Assembly: GCA_964599995.1 (NCBI GenBank)
Contig: CAZRHZ010000001.1
Location: 1-57,258, forward strand
Length of the DNA stretch: 57,258 nt
Source of the DNA: an uncultured Anaerolinea sp.
Lineage (GTDB): Bacteria > Chloroflexota > Anaerolineae > Anaerolineales > Anaerolineaceae
Reading direction: 5' to 3'
This document shows positions 46,120-56,099 of this stretch, in pieces. The position numbers and the translations under genes were made by a program. The notes below the pieces were generated by a model, which searched no databases, had not been told where the DNA came from, and saw nothing but the letters and a program-made list of their open reading frames with translations. Each line of letters opens with the position of its first letter. The first letter of the stretch is position 1.

Positions 46120-46895
46120 TCCAATTGCCGTTGCAAGAACGGATACAAGAAGCTGTTCAACTGATCCGCAACTCAGCATATCTGGTCGTTTTCACCGGTG
46201 CGGGGATATCGACGCCCTCGGGAATTCCTGATTTTCGAAGTGATAAAACGGGGTTATGGCAGCAATATGACCCTATGCAGGTGGCTTCATACACTGCTTT
46301 TTCAAAAATCCCAAGCCTTTTTTTCAACTGGTTCCGCCCATTGTTCATGACCGCGTGGACTGCCAAACCCAACCAGGCACACTTTGACCTGGCTGAGCTT
46401 GAAAAAAGATTATTTGTTAAGGGCATCATCACACAAAACATCGACGGTCTCCACCAGAAAGCCGGTTCACGAAAGGTTTATGAGTTGCACGGAACAGGGT
46501 TGACCTTTGCTTGTTGTGATTGTTCCTTAAAACACACATCACAAGAAGTTTACGATCAATTTCTTGAAGGCAACGACCTGCCCCAATGCAAACGCTGCGG
46601 AAAAATCTTAAAACCGGATGTGGTCCTTTTTGAAGAACCATTACCCCCCAGGGTGTGGCAAGCTGCTGAAGAAGAAGCCAGACGAGCAGATACGATGTTG
46701 GTGATCGGTTCATCGCTTGAAGTTTTTCCCGCCAGCACGATTCCAGAAATGGCAGTTCGCCATGGATGTAAACTGATCATCAATAATTTATCCCCTACAC
46801 CACTTGATGCTCTGGCTGATGTTCTACTGCAAATGGACGCTGAGGAATGTCTTCATAGCCTTGCCAAACAAATACTCACGGAATCTAATACTTAG
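46116..46895 (+). CDS. cobB: NAD-dependent protein deacylase, Sir2/CobB family
   Basis: 259 aa. It contains FTGAGISTPSGIPDFRS, QNIDGLH and ELHG, plus a zinc module CCDC...CKRCG. The start overlaps the upstream stop (ATGA). Confidence 0.85.
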   Translation: MIQLPLQERIQEAVQLIRNSAYLVVFTGAGISTPSGIPDFRSDKTGLWQQYDPMQVASYTAFSKIPSLFFNWFRPLFMTAWTAKPNQAHFDLAELEKRLFVKGIITQNIDGLHQKAGSRKVYELHGTGLTFACCDCSLKHTSQEVYDQFLEGNDLPQCKRCGKILKPDVVLFEEPLPPRVWQAAEEEARRADTMLVIGSSLEVFPASTIPEMAVRHGCKLIINNLSPTPLDALADVLLQMDAEECLHSLAKQILTESNT

Positions 46896-48658
46896 AAGGA
46901 GCGCGCGCCTCGCCGTCCAAACTGACGTTCCAACAGATCCACCGAAAGGTGGATCATTGTCGGCCGTCCATGTGGACAGGTGCGCGGCGAATCGCAATTT
47001 TCAAGATCGCTAAGCAGAGACTGTTGTTCTTGTTGAGAAAGCACCTGCCCGCCTTTGACGGCCATGCGTTTACAGATGCGTGCAATCAACTTTTCTGCCA
47101 ACATCCCCTGTAATGGAGTTTCATCTTCTTCGAAATCTTCAACCATGCTGCGCAGAGCTGCCTGCGGGTCACCATTCATAAACAGTACAGGGATGGCTGA
47201 AACGCGAAACGTGTTGAGCCCGAATTCCTCAATTTCAAAACCGTAGCGATTCACGATCTCAAGACTGTCAGAGATCATGCGTGCAGATTGAGGTGGGAAT
47301 TGAACCACTTCGGGATGCAGTAATTTTTGCGAATCGATCCTGCCGGCTTTTGAAGAGATCTTCTCAAAAAGTACGCGTTCATGGGCTGCATGCTGGTCAA
47401 TCAAATATAACCCGTCGGGGCCTTCTGCCACCAGATAGGTGGCACCGATCTGTCCAACCAATCGCAGTAATGGGATGCGACCAGCCGAAACGTTCTCAAT
47501 CGGTGTGGTCGAATCAATATTTTCAGAATGACCATTTTCGACAAAAACCTCTTGCGTCTCTTGCGGTCTTTGATTTTCCCCCCAATTCAACTTCGCGTTG
47601 ATCCAGGCTGGATCGGGAGTTCTCGTCGTGTCAACCGTCTGCCAATGTATTGGGTGGAGCTGCGGAACAGGCGAATAAGCCAGCAGCGCGCGTTTTACCG
47701 CCCTTTGCAACAGCGAGAACAACAGATCGGGCTGCCTGAAACGCACTTCAGCTTTGGCTGGGTGAACATTCACATCCACTTCTTCGGGTTCCATGTCAAT
47801 GAATAAAATCGAAATTGGGTATCTTCCAACCATAAGGTAGGTTTGATAGGCTTTTACTAACGCAGAGGACAGGCCGATGTCCTGGATCCAACGGCCATTG
47901 ACGAAAAAGGTGATCTCTTTGCGATTGGAACGGGTGATCGAGATCGGGCTGATGAACCCGGTGATCTTCACACCATCATCTTTAAAAAGTACTTCAAGGA
48001 GCTGGCCTGCCAGTTCCACCCCATACAACTGCGCCAACACTTCTTTGTGATCTCCCTTGCCGGTGGTGCGAAAAACCTGCTTGCCATCCATCTCTAGTTG
48101 AAAAGCCAGTTCTGGATACGCCAGAGCGTAACGTGTGACAAGGTTTTCGATCTGTTGGCGTTCGGTTTGATCTTTTTTCAGGAATTTCAAGCGCGCAGGA
48201 GTGTTATGAAATAGATCCGCCACGGAGACAACCGTTCCAACCGGCACACCCGCTGTCTCGATCGATACTACTTTTCCACCCTCAACCACGATCTTCGACC
48301 CCTGTGGATCCTGTTTGCAACGCGAGAGTATGGTCATGTGTGAGATTGAGCCCATCGAAGCCAGGGCTTCTCCCCTGAACCCGAGGGTGCGGATGTGGAT
48401 AAGATCTTCGGCACTGGTCAATTTGCTGGTGGCATGCCTGGTTACGGCCAATTCCAATTCTGCAGGGTGAATTCCACTGCCGTTATCAGAAAGTTCAATC
48501 AAGCGCTTGCCTGCATCAAGGATACGGATCGAGATGCGTGTCGCTCCGGCGTCTACGGCGTTTTCGAGCAGTTCTTTTACCACTGATGAAGGCCGTTCAA
48601 CAACTTCCCCCGCTGCAATCTGTGATGCCACATCGTCGGGCAGTATTTTTATGGTCAT
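46892..48658 (-). CDS. mutL: DNA mismatch repair protein MutL (endonuclease type)
   Basis: 588 aa. It has a GHKL N-terminal domain (VVKELLENAVDAGA, DNGSGI) and the C-terminal endonuclease motif DQHAAHERVLFE. Confidence 0.95.
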   Translation of the reverse strand: MTIKILPDDVASQIAAGEVVERPSSVVKELLENAVDAGATRISIRILDAGKRLIELSDNGSGIHPAELELAVTRHATSKLTSAEDLIHIRTLGFRGEALASMGSISHMTILSRCKQDPQGSKIVVEGGKVVSIETAGVPVGTVVSVADLFHNTPARLKFLKKDQTERQQIENLVTRYALAYPELAFQLEMDGKQVFRTTGKGDHKEVLAQLYGVELAGQLLEVLFKDDGVKITGFISPISITRSNRKEITFFVNGRWIQDIGLSSALVKAYQTYLMVGRYPISILFIDMEPEEVDVNVHPAKAEVRFRQPDLLFSLLQRAVKRALLAYSPVPQLHPIHWQTVDTTRTPDPAWINAKLNWGENQRPQETQEVFVENGHSENIDSTTPIENVSAGRIPLLRLVGQIGATYLVAEGPDGLYLIDQHAAHERVLFEKISSKAGRIDSQKLLHPEVVQFPPQSARMISDSLEIVNRYGFEIEEFGLNTFRVSAIPVLFMNGDPQAALRSMVEDFEEDETPLQGMLAEKLIARICKRMAVKGGQVLSQQEQQSLLSDLENCDSPRTCPHGRPTMIHLSVDLLERQFGRRGARSF

Positions 48659-48664
48659 GGGTTA

Positions 48665-48670
48665 ATTATA
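48665..48670 (-). promoter_or_regulatory. -10 hexamer (TATAAT) for a leaderless mutL mRNA
   Basis: On the minus strand TATAAT is followed by 6 nt (TAACCC) and then the ATG (48658). The nearest GGAGG is 20 nt away, too far to act as an SD. Confidence 0.4.
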
Positions 48671-48732
48671 ATGTATCCTCCTTCCTGCACAATTCTGCAC
48701 TTTTCGTTAATTCAAATTTAACCATTTACGGG

Positions 48733-48738
48733 TATACT
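48733..48738 (+). promoter_or_regulatory. -10 hexamer (TATACT) for a leaderless HAD hydrolase mRNA
   Basis: TATACT is followed by 7 nt and then the ATG at 48746. There is no SD. TTCAAA lies 16 nt upstream as a weak -35. Confidence 0.35.
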
Positions 48739-48745
48739 TTCACGC

Positions 48746-49405
48746 ATGCACATCGAGACGATGTTCTTTGATCTGGATGACACAGTCTATCCATCCAATT
48801 CTGGTATTTGGGAAGCGATCGGCTCACGCATGGAGTTTTACATGGCCGAGAGGTTGTCGATCCCAGTTCATTCAGTAAAAACTGAACGCGAGCGGTTATT
48901 TCGCACTCATGGTACAACCATGAGAGGCCTGGTTTTTGAATATGGCATCGACGAATTGGATTTTCTTAATTATGTACACGATATCCCGATCCACATGTAC
49001 CTCTCAGAAAATCAAAGGCTGCGAGAGAACCTGATTCGATATCCCCAACGGAAAGTGATCTTCACCAACGCCAATTGCGGCCACGCTGAACGTGTGCTTT
49101 CAGTCTTGGGAATTCGGGATCTTTTTGATCAGATCATTGACATCCTGATGATCAAGCCGTTCTGTAAACCACAATCCGAGGCATTTGAAATTGCCATTCA
49201 GTCTGCAGGCATAGTTAATCCAGGCCGGTGTGTGATGATCGATGATGCGAAACGCAACCTGTTGACTGCCCATGAGCATGGGTTCTACACCATACAGGTT
49301 GGGACAAATATCGCTGAAAATCCCATTGACACCGCCATTCTGACCCTTGAAGAACTATCCACCGCACTGCCGGTCGATGCCATTCTGGAGGATCAAATTG
49401 GATAA
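48746..49405 (+). CDS. HAD-superfamily hydrolase (pyrimidine 5'-nucleotidase-like)
   Basis: 219 aa. It has HAD motif I FFDLDDTVY, motif II FTNA and motif IV MIDDAKRN. Confidence 0.8.
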   Translation: MHIETMFFDLDDTVYPSNSGIWEAIGSRMEFYMAERLSIPVHSVKTERERLFRTHGTTMRGLVFEYGIDELDFLNYVHDIPIHMYLSENQRLRENLIRYPQRKVIFTNANCGHAERVLSVLGIRDLFDQIIDILMIKPFCKPQSEAFEIAIQSAGIVNPGRCVMIDDAKRNLLTAHEHGFYTIQVGTNIAENPIDTAILTLEELSTALPVDAILEDQIG

Positions 49406-49679
49406 TATTTCCTCCACCGGCTGGATCATCATCATCGGATTGGCAATTTTCATTCTGACCCTCAATTTTGGCCTCTTCATGGGTGTCAGACAGAAAATGG
49501 AGAAAGACAATTGGATCGACAAGCTGACGAATGCAGGTAAAGTTCTGCGAAATCCTAGTCAAAAAGAAGATGAACAATACCGCCTTCTATCTGAACAAGT
49601 GGCAAAATTGAAATCCGCTCAGGCGGTTGATAATGAATCACGACAACCATTGACACATGAAGCGCAAGGAGAAAAATGA
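49398..49679 (+). CDS. Small single-TM protein, translationally coupled to the S41 protease
   Basis: The preferred start is TTG 49398 with GGAGGA at 49386-49391. The ORF-track start at 49347 overlaps the HAD gene by 59 nt. The TM helix is GWIIIIGLAIFILTLNFGLFMGV and the tail is charged. The stop overlaps the next start (ATGA at 49676). Confidence 0.45.
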   Translation: MDNISSTGWIIIIGLAIFILTLNFGLFMGVRQKMEKDNWIDKLTNAGKVLRNPSQKEDEQYRLLSEQVAKLKSAQAVDNESRQPLTHEAQGEK

Positions 49680-50920
49680 AACAAGATCACACCGGTCGCA
49701 CTATCCTTCTGGTTTTTGTCGCCCTATTCCTGCTGGCAGGTTCTTTCTCAGGAGGGGTTTTAGTTGGATCCTTCCTGCCCAATCAGACAGTTGAAGCACC
49801 CATCAGTAGTGAAATCGGTGAAACCAGTCAAAGTACGCAGACGGCAGAGGAAAGCGCTTTGGATTCCCTCTTTGCCCCGTTCTGGGAAGCCTGGCAGTAT
49901 GTTCACGAACAATATGTGGACCAACCTGTGGATGATACCCTTTTGATGCAGGGCGCGATCAACGGAATGCTGGCGTCTCTGGGAGACGAGCACACAGGTT
50001 ATATGACGCCCGATGAATACGTAGAAGCCACCACCCCTCTGGATGGATCTTATGAGGGTATCGGCGCTTATGTGGATGTATCGGGTGAATACCTCACCGT
50101 CATCAGCCCGATGCCCGGCTCCCCGGCAGAAGAGGCTGGTTTAAAACCCGGTGATGCGGTAATCAAGATCAACGGCGAAGATGTGACCGGACAGGATCCA
50201 AGCGTGGTGCTCAAATCAGTGAAAGGCCCAGCCGGTACAGACGTAACTTTGACCATTCAAAGGCCAGAAACAGAAGATCCTTTTGATGTTACGATCACCA
50301 GAAAGTCAATCACCCTCGCCAGTGTGACCAGCGAAATGCTGGATGGGAACATTGCCTATATCGCGCTAAACACTTTTGGCGAAGACACAACCACTGAACT
50401 CAAAGCAGCATTGAAGATCCTGTTGGCTCAAGATCCGAAAGGGTTAATCCTCGACCTGCGATATAACAGTGGTGGTTATCTAGACACCGCCATCGAGGTG
50501 GTTTCACAGTTCATCCCTGAAGGAACTGTCATGATCGAACAGGAAGGTACCGGTGAAGAGATCGTCTACACTGCAGAACCCGGTGGATTGGCAACTAAAA
50601 TTCCCCTGGTCGTGTTGGTAAATGAAGGATCGGCTTCCGCTTCTGAGATCACAGCTGGCGCAATTCAGGACCTGGGGCGCGGCACCCTGGTGGGCGTTAC
50701 CACCTACGGCAAAGGCTCTGTTCAAATCTGGACTCCCCTAGAAGACAACCAGGGAGCGGTACGCATCACGGTTGCGCGCTGGTTAACCCCCAATCGGCGC
50801 CAGATCAATGAGATCGGTATCACCCCTGACGTAATTGTAGAATATACGCAAGCAGATGTAGATGCCAATATTGATCCACAATTGCAAAAAGCCATAGAAA
50901 TTCTTAGTCAAGGTGAGTAA
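49676..50920 (+). CDS. Carboxyl-terminal processing protease (S41 family, PDZ domain)
   Basis: 414 aa. An N-terminal TM anchor is followed by a PDZ domain (SPMPGSPAEEAGLKPGDAVIKING). The catalytic Ser is in NEGSASASEI and the catalytic Lys in TYGKGS. Confidence 0.9.
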   Translation: MKQDHTGRTILLVFVALFLLAGSFSGGVLVGSFLPNQTVEAPISSEIGETSQSTQTAEESALDSLFAPFWEAWQYVHEQYVDQPVDDTLLMQGAINGMLASLGDEHTGYMTPDEYVEATTPLDGSYEGIGAYVDVSGEYLTVISPMPGSPAEEAGLKPGDAVIKINGEDVTGQDPSVVLKSVKGPAGTDVTLTIQRPETEDPFDVTITRKSITLASVTSEMLDGNIAYIALNTFGEDTTTELKAALKILLAQDPKGLILDLRYNSGGYLDTAIEVVSQFIPEGTVMIEQEGTGEEIVYTAEPGGLATKIPLVVLVNEGSASASEITAGAIQDLGRGTLVGVTTYGKGSVQIWTPLEDNQGAVRITVARWLTPNRRQINEIGITPDVIVEYTQADVDANIDPQLQKAIEILSQGE

Positions 50921-50962
50921 AGTGTGATATGATAGGCAGGTTTGCTGAAAATTGGTAATAAA

Positions 50963-50991
50963 TTGACAGTACATTGAGCAAAGGGTATAAT
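50963..50991 (+). promoter_or_regulatory. Consensus sigma70 promoter of the S1-domain gene
   Basis: TTGACA (50963-50968) is followed by exactly 17 nt and then TATAAT (50986-50991). This lies inside the ORF-track 5' extension (start 50974), which argues for the ATG at 51028. Confidence 0.6.
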
Positions 50992-51027
50992 CACTCTTCG
51001 CTGATAAACGAATCTGGAGAAACCCTT

Positions 51028-51876
51028 ATGGATATGAGTGTTGTGGCGGATACAAACCGCACAATCGAACCAAAAATGCAATTTACCGGAAAGGTCGTCA
51101 AAACCCGCCTGGCTGGCGCAGTAATTGATATTGGCATCGGAAAACCCGCTGTTCTGCACATTTCTCAGGTGGTCACTTCTGAAGGCACTCAGATCAAGAG
51201 AATCGAAGATGTGCTTAAAGAAGGTGAAGAGATCGAAGTGTGGGTGAAAAAAGTTGCCCGCAAGGACGATGAAGAACGCATTGAATTAACCATGATCCGA
51301 CCTCTCGACATGGAATGGCGCGAGATCAAGGTCGGTAATACCGTAAAAGGTAAAGTGGTTCGGCTTGAGAAATTTGGTGCGTTTGTTGAAATCGGTGCAG
51401 AACGACCCGGCCTGGTTCACATCAGTGAAATGGCACATGGCTATGTCAAAGTGCCCGGTGATGTGGTCAAAGAAGGCGATGAGATCGAAGCGCAGGTGAT
51501 CGAAGTCAATCGACGCAAGAAACAGATCAAACTGAGCATGAAAGCCTTGCAACCCGAACCCGAAGTGGTGGTGGAAGAAAAACCCAAACCCTCCCCCAAG
51601 CAGAATCCTGCGCGTTTCGCAGCCGATCCTAATCGCGAGAAGAAACCCGCACGCAAACCTCGCCGCAGCGCTGAAGCAGACAACAGCGCGCTGATGGCTT
51701 CCATTAATGAAACCAATGAACCTGAACCCACTGTCATGGAACTGGCCATGAAAGCCGCCATGGAAAAGGCCAAGGATCGCAAGAAGAAACAGGAAGTCAA
51801 AAAAGAAAAAACCTCCTCAAAGGTGCAGGAAGACATCCTCTCCCGCACCCTAGAAGGAAAAATCGAAACCAAGTAA
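51028..51876 (+). CDS. RNA-binding protein with two S1 domains and a Lys/Glu-rich tail
   Basis: The ATG at 51028 is preceded by GGAGAA. The S1 motifs are FTGKVVKTRLAGAVIDIG...LHISQV and VKGKVVRLEKFGAFVEIG...GLVHISEM. Confidence 0.8.
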   Translation: MDMSVVADTNRTIEPKMQFTGKVVKTRLAGAVIDIGIGKPAVLHISQVVTSEGTQIKRIEDVLKEGEEIEVWVKKVARKDDEERIELTMIRPLDMEWREIKVGNTVKGKVVRLEKFGAFVEIGAERPGLVHISEMAHGYVKVPGDVVKEGDEIEAQVIEVNRRKKQIKLSMKALQPEPEVVVEEKPKPSPKQNPARFAADPNREKKPARKPRRSAEADNSALMASINETNEPEPTVMELAMKAAMEKAKDRKKKQEVKKEKTSSKVQEDILSRTLEGKIETK

Positions 51877-51886
51877 CGCACCCTCA

Positions 51887-51919
51887 AAAAACCATCCCCC
51901 AAACCCGGATGGTTTTTTA
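51887..51919 (+). terminator. Intrinsic terminator after the S1-domain gene
   Basis: The stem AAAAAACCATCC/GGATGGTTTTTT encloses a 9-nt loop. More T residues follow (TGTGTTTTTTTTT). Confidence 0.65.
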
Positions 51920-52024
51920 TGTGTTTTTTTTGAAGTTATGATAAACTGGATTTAAGTAAAAATCTTATGAGTATTGCTTATGCATGATCGTTGTGTTTGT
52001 TCAAAAGTAATCACCGATCATCTC

Positions 52025-52061
52025 GCCAGGAGGTGCTGTTCAACAGCCCTCCTCGCTTTTT
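52025..52061 (+). promoter_or_regulatory. Terminator-like hairpin in the pyrG leader (candidate attenuator)
   Basis: The hairpin is GCCAGGAGG(T)GCTG-TTCAA-CAGCCCTCCTCGC, about 12 bp with one bulge and one C-C mismatch. It is followed directly by TTTTT (52057-52061). It lies 36 nt upstream of the pyrG ATG and its GGGAGAGGAG SD. Confidence 0.45.
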
Positions 52062-52097
52062 ATATCAAAACAATCCAGACGTGGGAGAGGAGAATCG

Positions 52098-53741
52098 ATG
52101 CCAACTAAATACATCTTTCTTACAGGCGGAGTCGTTAGTTCAGTAGGAAAAGGGATCACCGCGGCTGCGGTGGGAAGGCTGCTCAAGCAAAGAGGGTTCG
52201 CGGTAGCCATTCAAAAACTTGACCCATATATCAATGTCGATCCGGGCACCATGAGCCCCTATCAGCATGGTGAGGTGTTCGTGCTGGACGATGGCGCTGA
52301 AACCGATCTTGACCTCGGACATTACGAGCGTCTGATCGACGTGCACTTGAACAAAGCCTGCACCATGACCACCGGTCAGGTCTATGCGGATGTGATCGCC
52401 AACGAACGGCGGGGCGATTTTCTGGGAGGTACGATCCAGGTTGTACCGCACATCACCAACGAGATCAAACGGCGCATTGGCATGGTCTCGAAAATGACGG
52501 GGGCTGAGATCGTGTTGGTCGAAGTGGGCGGCACCGTAGGTGACATCGAAAGCCTGCCCTTCCTCGAAGCACTGCGCCAAATCCGTTCAGACATGGGACG
52601 GGAAAATACCCTTTATATTCACGTGACCTGGCTACCATTCATTGGAGCGACCGGTGAACTGAAGACCAAACCCACCCAACATTCGGTACGCGAACTGCGC
52701 TCGATCGGTATCACACCCGATATGATCGTCGCGCGCAGCGACACTCCGGTGGAACCCGAAATTTGCAGTAAGATCGCCCAATTCTGCGATGTTGAAAAAC
52801 GCGCGGTCATCCCAATGATCACTGCGCCTGTCTTGTATGAAATCCCCCTACTGCTTGAAAAAGCCAACGTGGGTGAATTCGTGATGGAACGTTTGGGATT
52901 GAAATCGGATAAAAAACCCAACTGGAAGGCCTGGGAACGCCTGGTGGTCGAGACCAAACGGGAAAAACCCTCGGTGTCGGTTGCGCTGGTTGGGAAATAT
53001 GTTGAGCTGCACGACGCTTACATCAGCGTGCGCGAATCCTTGAAACACGCAGCACTGGCGTTAGGCGTGGAACTGGACCTGAAATGGATTCATTCAGTCG
53101 AGCTTGAAAAAGGCAACGACTGCAGCGAACTGAAGGACGTGTCAGGCATCGTGGTGCCAGGAGGCTTTGGCAGCCGAGGCATTGACGGCAAGATCACGGC
53201 AGCACATTTTGCCCGAACCAACAAGGTGCCCTACTTTGGCCTTTGCTTGGGCATGCAGTTGATGGTGGTGGATTTTGGTCGTGCGGTTCTCGGAACAGAT
53301 GATGTAAATTCGTCAGAATTCGAACAGGCCACCCAGAACCCGGTGATCGACCTGATGCTGGATCAAAAGAACGTGACCGACAAGGGTGGCACCATGCGAT
53401 TAGGTTTGTATCCGTGTATGCTGCAGCCGGGAACAATTGCCAGCAAGGCTTATGGAATTGACAAGGTCGATGAACGCCACCGCCACCGCTTTGAATTTAA
53501 CAATAAATACCGAGATTTGTTCACCAAGAAGGGTATGCGTTTTTCAGGGTTATCTCCTGACGGCAATCTGGTGGAGATCGCAGAACTGGTGGATCACCCG
53601 TTCATGCTAGGTACCCAATTCCACCCCGAGTTCCTCTCCAGACCCAACCGTCCGCATCCGTTGTTTGTCGCTTTTATGCGTGCAGTTTGCGAAAAAGCCG
53701 GAGTGAAATTCCAGGAGCCGCCCCTATCGTTTGAGGATTAA
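52098..53741 (+). CDS. pyrG: CTP synthase
   Basis: 547 aa. It begins [17 protein letters not shown] and has the glutamine amidotransferase Cys in GLCLGMQ and HRHRFEFN. Confidence 0.97.
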   Translation: MPTKYIFLTGGVVSSVGKGITAAAVGRLLKQRGFAVAIQKLDPYINVDPGTMSPYQHGEVFVLDDGAETDLDLGHYERLIDVHLNKACTMTTGQVYADVIANERRGDFLGGTIQVVPHITNEIKRRIGMVSKMTGAEIVLVEVGGTVGDIESLPFLEALRQIRSDMGRENTLYIHVTWLPFIGATGELKTKPTQHSVRELRSIGITPDMIVARSDTPVEPEICSKIAQFCDVEKRAVIPMITAPVLYEIPLLLEKANVGEFVMERLGLKSDKKPNWKAWERLVVETKREKPSVSVALVGKYVELHDAYISVRESLKHAALALGVELDLKWIHSVELEKGNDCSELKDVSGIVVPGGFGSRGIDGKITAAHFARTNKVPYFGLCLGMQLMVVDFGRAVLGTDDVNSSEFEQATQNPVIDLMLDQKNVTDKGGTMRLGLYPCMLQPGTIASKAYGIDKVDERHRHRFEFNNKYRDLFTKKGMRFSGLSPDGNLVEIAELVDHPFMLGTQFHPEFLSRPNRPHPLFVAFMRAVCEKAGVKFQEPPLSFED

Positions 53742-53815
53742 TCGGATGATTTTGTATTATACTTAGCGCATTACGCTCAAATTCATGGCAGTCAGCCTGC
53801 CTTATTCTTAGATAA

Positions 53816-55114
<1,299 letters not shown>

Positions 55115-55130
55115 TTTTATACTTAACGAC

Positions 55131-55163
55131 AAAAAGGACGGAACTTCGGTTCCGTCCTTTTTT
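55131..55163 (+). terminator. Intrinsic terminator after eno
   Basis: A 14-bp stem AAAAAGGACGGAAC/GTTCCGTCCTTTTT encloses the loop TTCG and is followed by a T-run. Confidence 0.8.
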
Positions 55164-55248
55164 ATTGGTTTTATTCAGTTCTGAATGTCTTCCAGATTAT
55201 CAATTCATCAATAACTGGAGGTCCGAAAGACTTCGGCCTCGTTTTACC

Positions 55249-55989
55249 TTAACGGGAGATTCCTTCCAATAATTCCAGACTGGCATCGATCACGATCTGC
55301 TGCTGTTCCTCACGTGTGATGAGCGCGGGGTTATCCCCTTTTTGATCGCCATACCAGCCAAAATAGGCGTGATTGCCACCTTCAATGACCACTTTCACCA
55401 TTTGCTGCGGCAAGAGCAGCAAGGAGGCTTCGATATCGGTTGGGGTGGCCAACCCATCCAGCGAAGCTGAAATGGTGGTAACCGCACCAGAGTAATCTGA
55501 TAGATCGTTGCTTTCTGCAGGATAAGACGCCAGCAGGATCAAGCCGTCGATCTGGTTGGGATGAGCATAGAGATAACTGGCAGCCATGGAACCCCCCAGC
55601 GAATGTCCGCCGACCGCCCAGTTCTCAATTTGCGGGTAAAACGAGATCACTTTTTCAGCGATTGTTGAACCAAACACGGCCAGATTGAGTGGCATGCGCG
55701 GGATGACTACCAGATAACCCTCCTCTGCCAGCGCACGCGCGTATGGCGTGTAAGCGCGATAATCCACCCGCCCACCTGGATAGAAAATGAAACCAGTATC
55801 CGGCGATTCACCAACCGGGTTGAATACCAGCCATCTTCCATTCTGGACTGTAACCAGGTTGTCTGAATCCAATACGGCAAGAGCCTCAGGCATGGGTTTG
55901 GCGGGCGTGTAGCCCCACACCAACATACCAATGAGCATGATTCCCACCAATGCCAGCAAACCAAGCGCGATCTTCTTGACGATTTTCAT
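55249..55989 (-). CDS. Membrane-anchored alpha/beta-fold hydrolase
   Basis: The preferred start is ATG 55989 with GGAG upstream (MKIVKKIALGLLALVGIML). The ORF-track start at 56211 would overlap the divergent methyltransferase gene. The nucleophile elbow is GGHSLGG. Confidence 0.7.
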   Translation of the reverse strand: MKIVKKIALGLLALVGIMLIGMLVWGYTPAKPMPEALAVLDSDNLVTVQNGRWLVFNPVGESPDTGFIFYPGGRVDYRAYTPYARALAEEGYLVVIPRMPLNLAVFGSTIAEKVISFYPQIENWAVGGHSLGGSMAASYLYAHPNQIDGLILLASYPAESNDLSDYSGAVTTISASLDGLATPTDIEASLLLLPQQMVKVVIEGGNHAYFGWYGDQKGDNPALITREEQQQIVIDASLELLEGISR

Positions 55990-56099
55990 ACGTTCTCCTC
56001 TTAATCCAATTTTATCGGACTTGATTTTTGGGTCAAGAGGATTGGGTAAAAATGTTGTTATAATACCTCCAGCAAAACCCATTTTCCAGGAGTGTTTGT

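Noticed and set aside
46116-46895. The Sir2-domain protein as an anti-phage defence effector (Thoeris, DSR or Sir2-HerA type).
   Set aside because: It has canonical sirtuin size, a zinc ribbon and the catalytic His motifs of CobB deacylases. It has no SLOG, HerA, Argonaute or other defence partner, and it sits between core genes.
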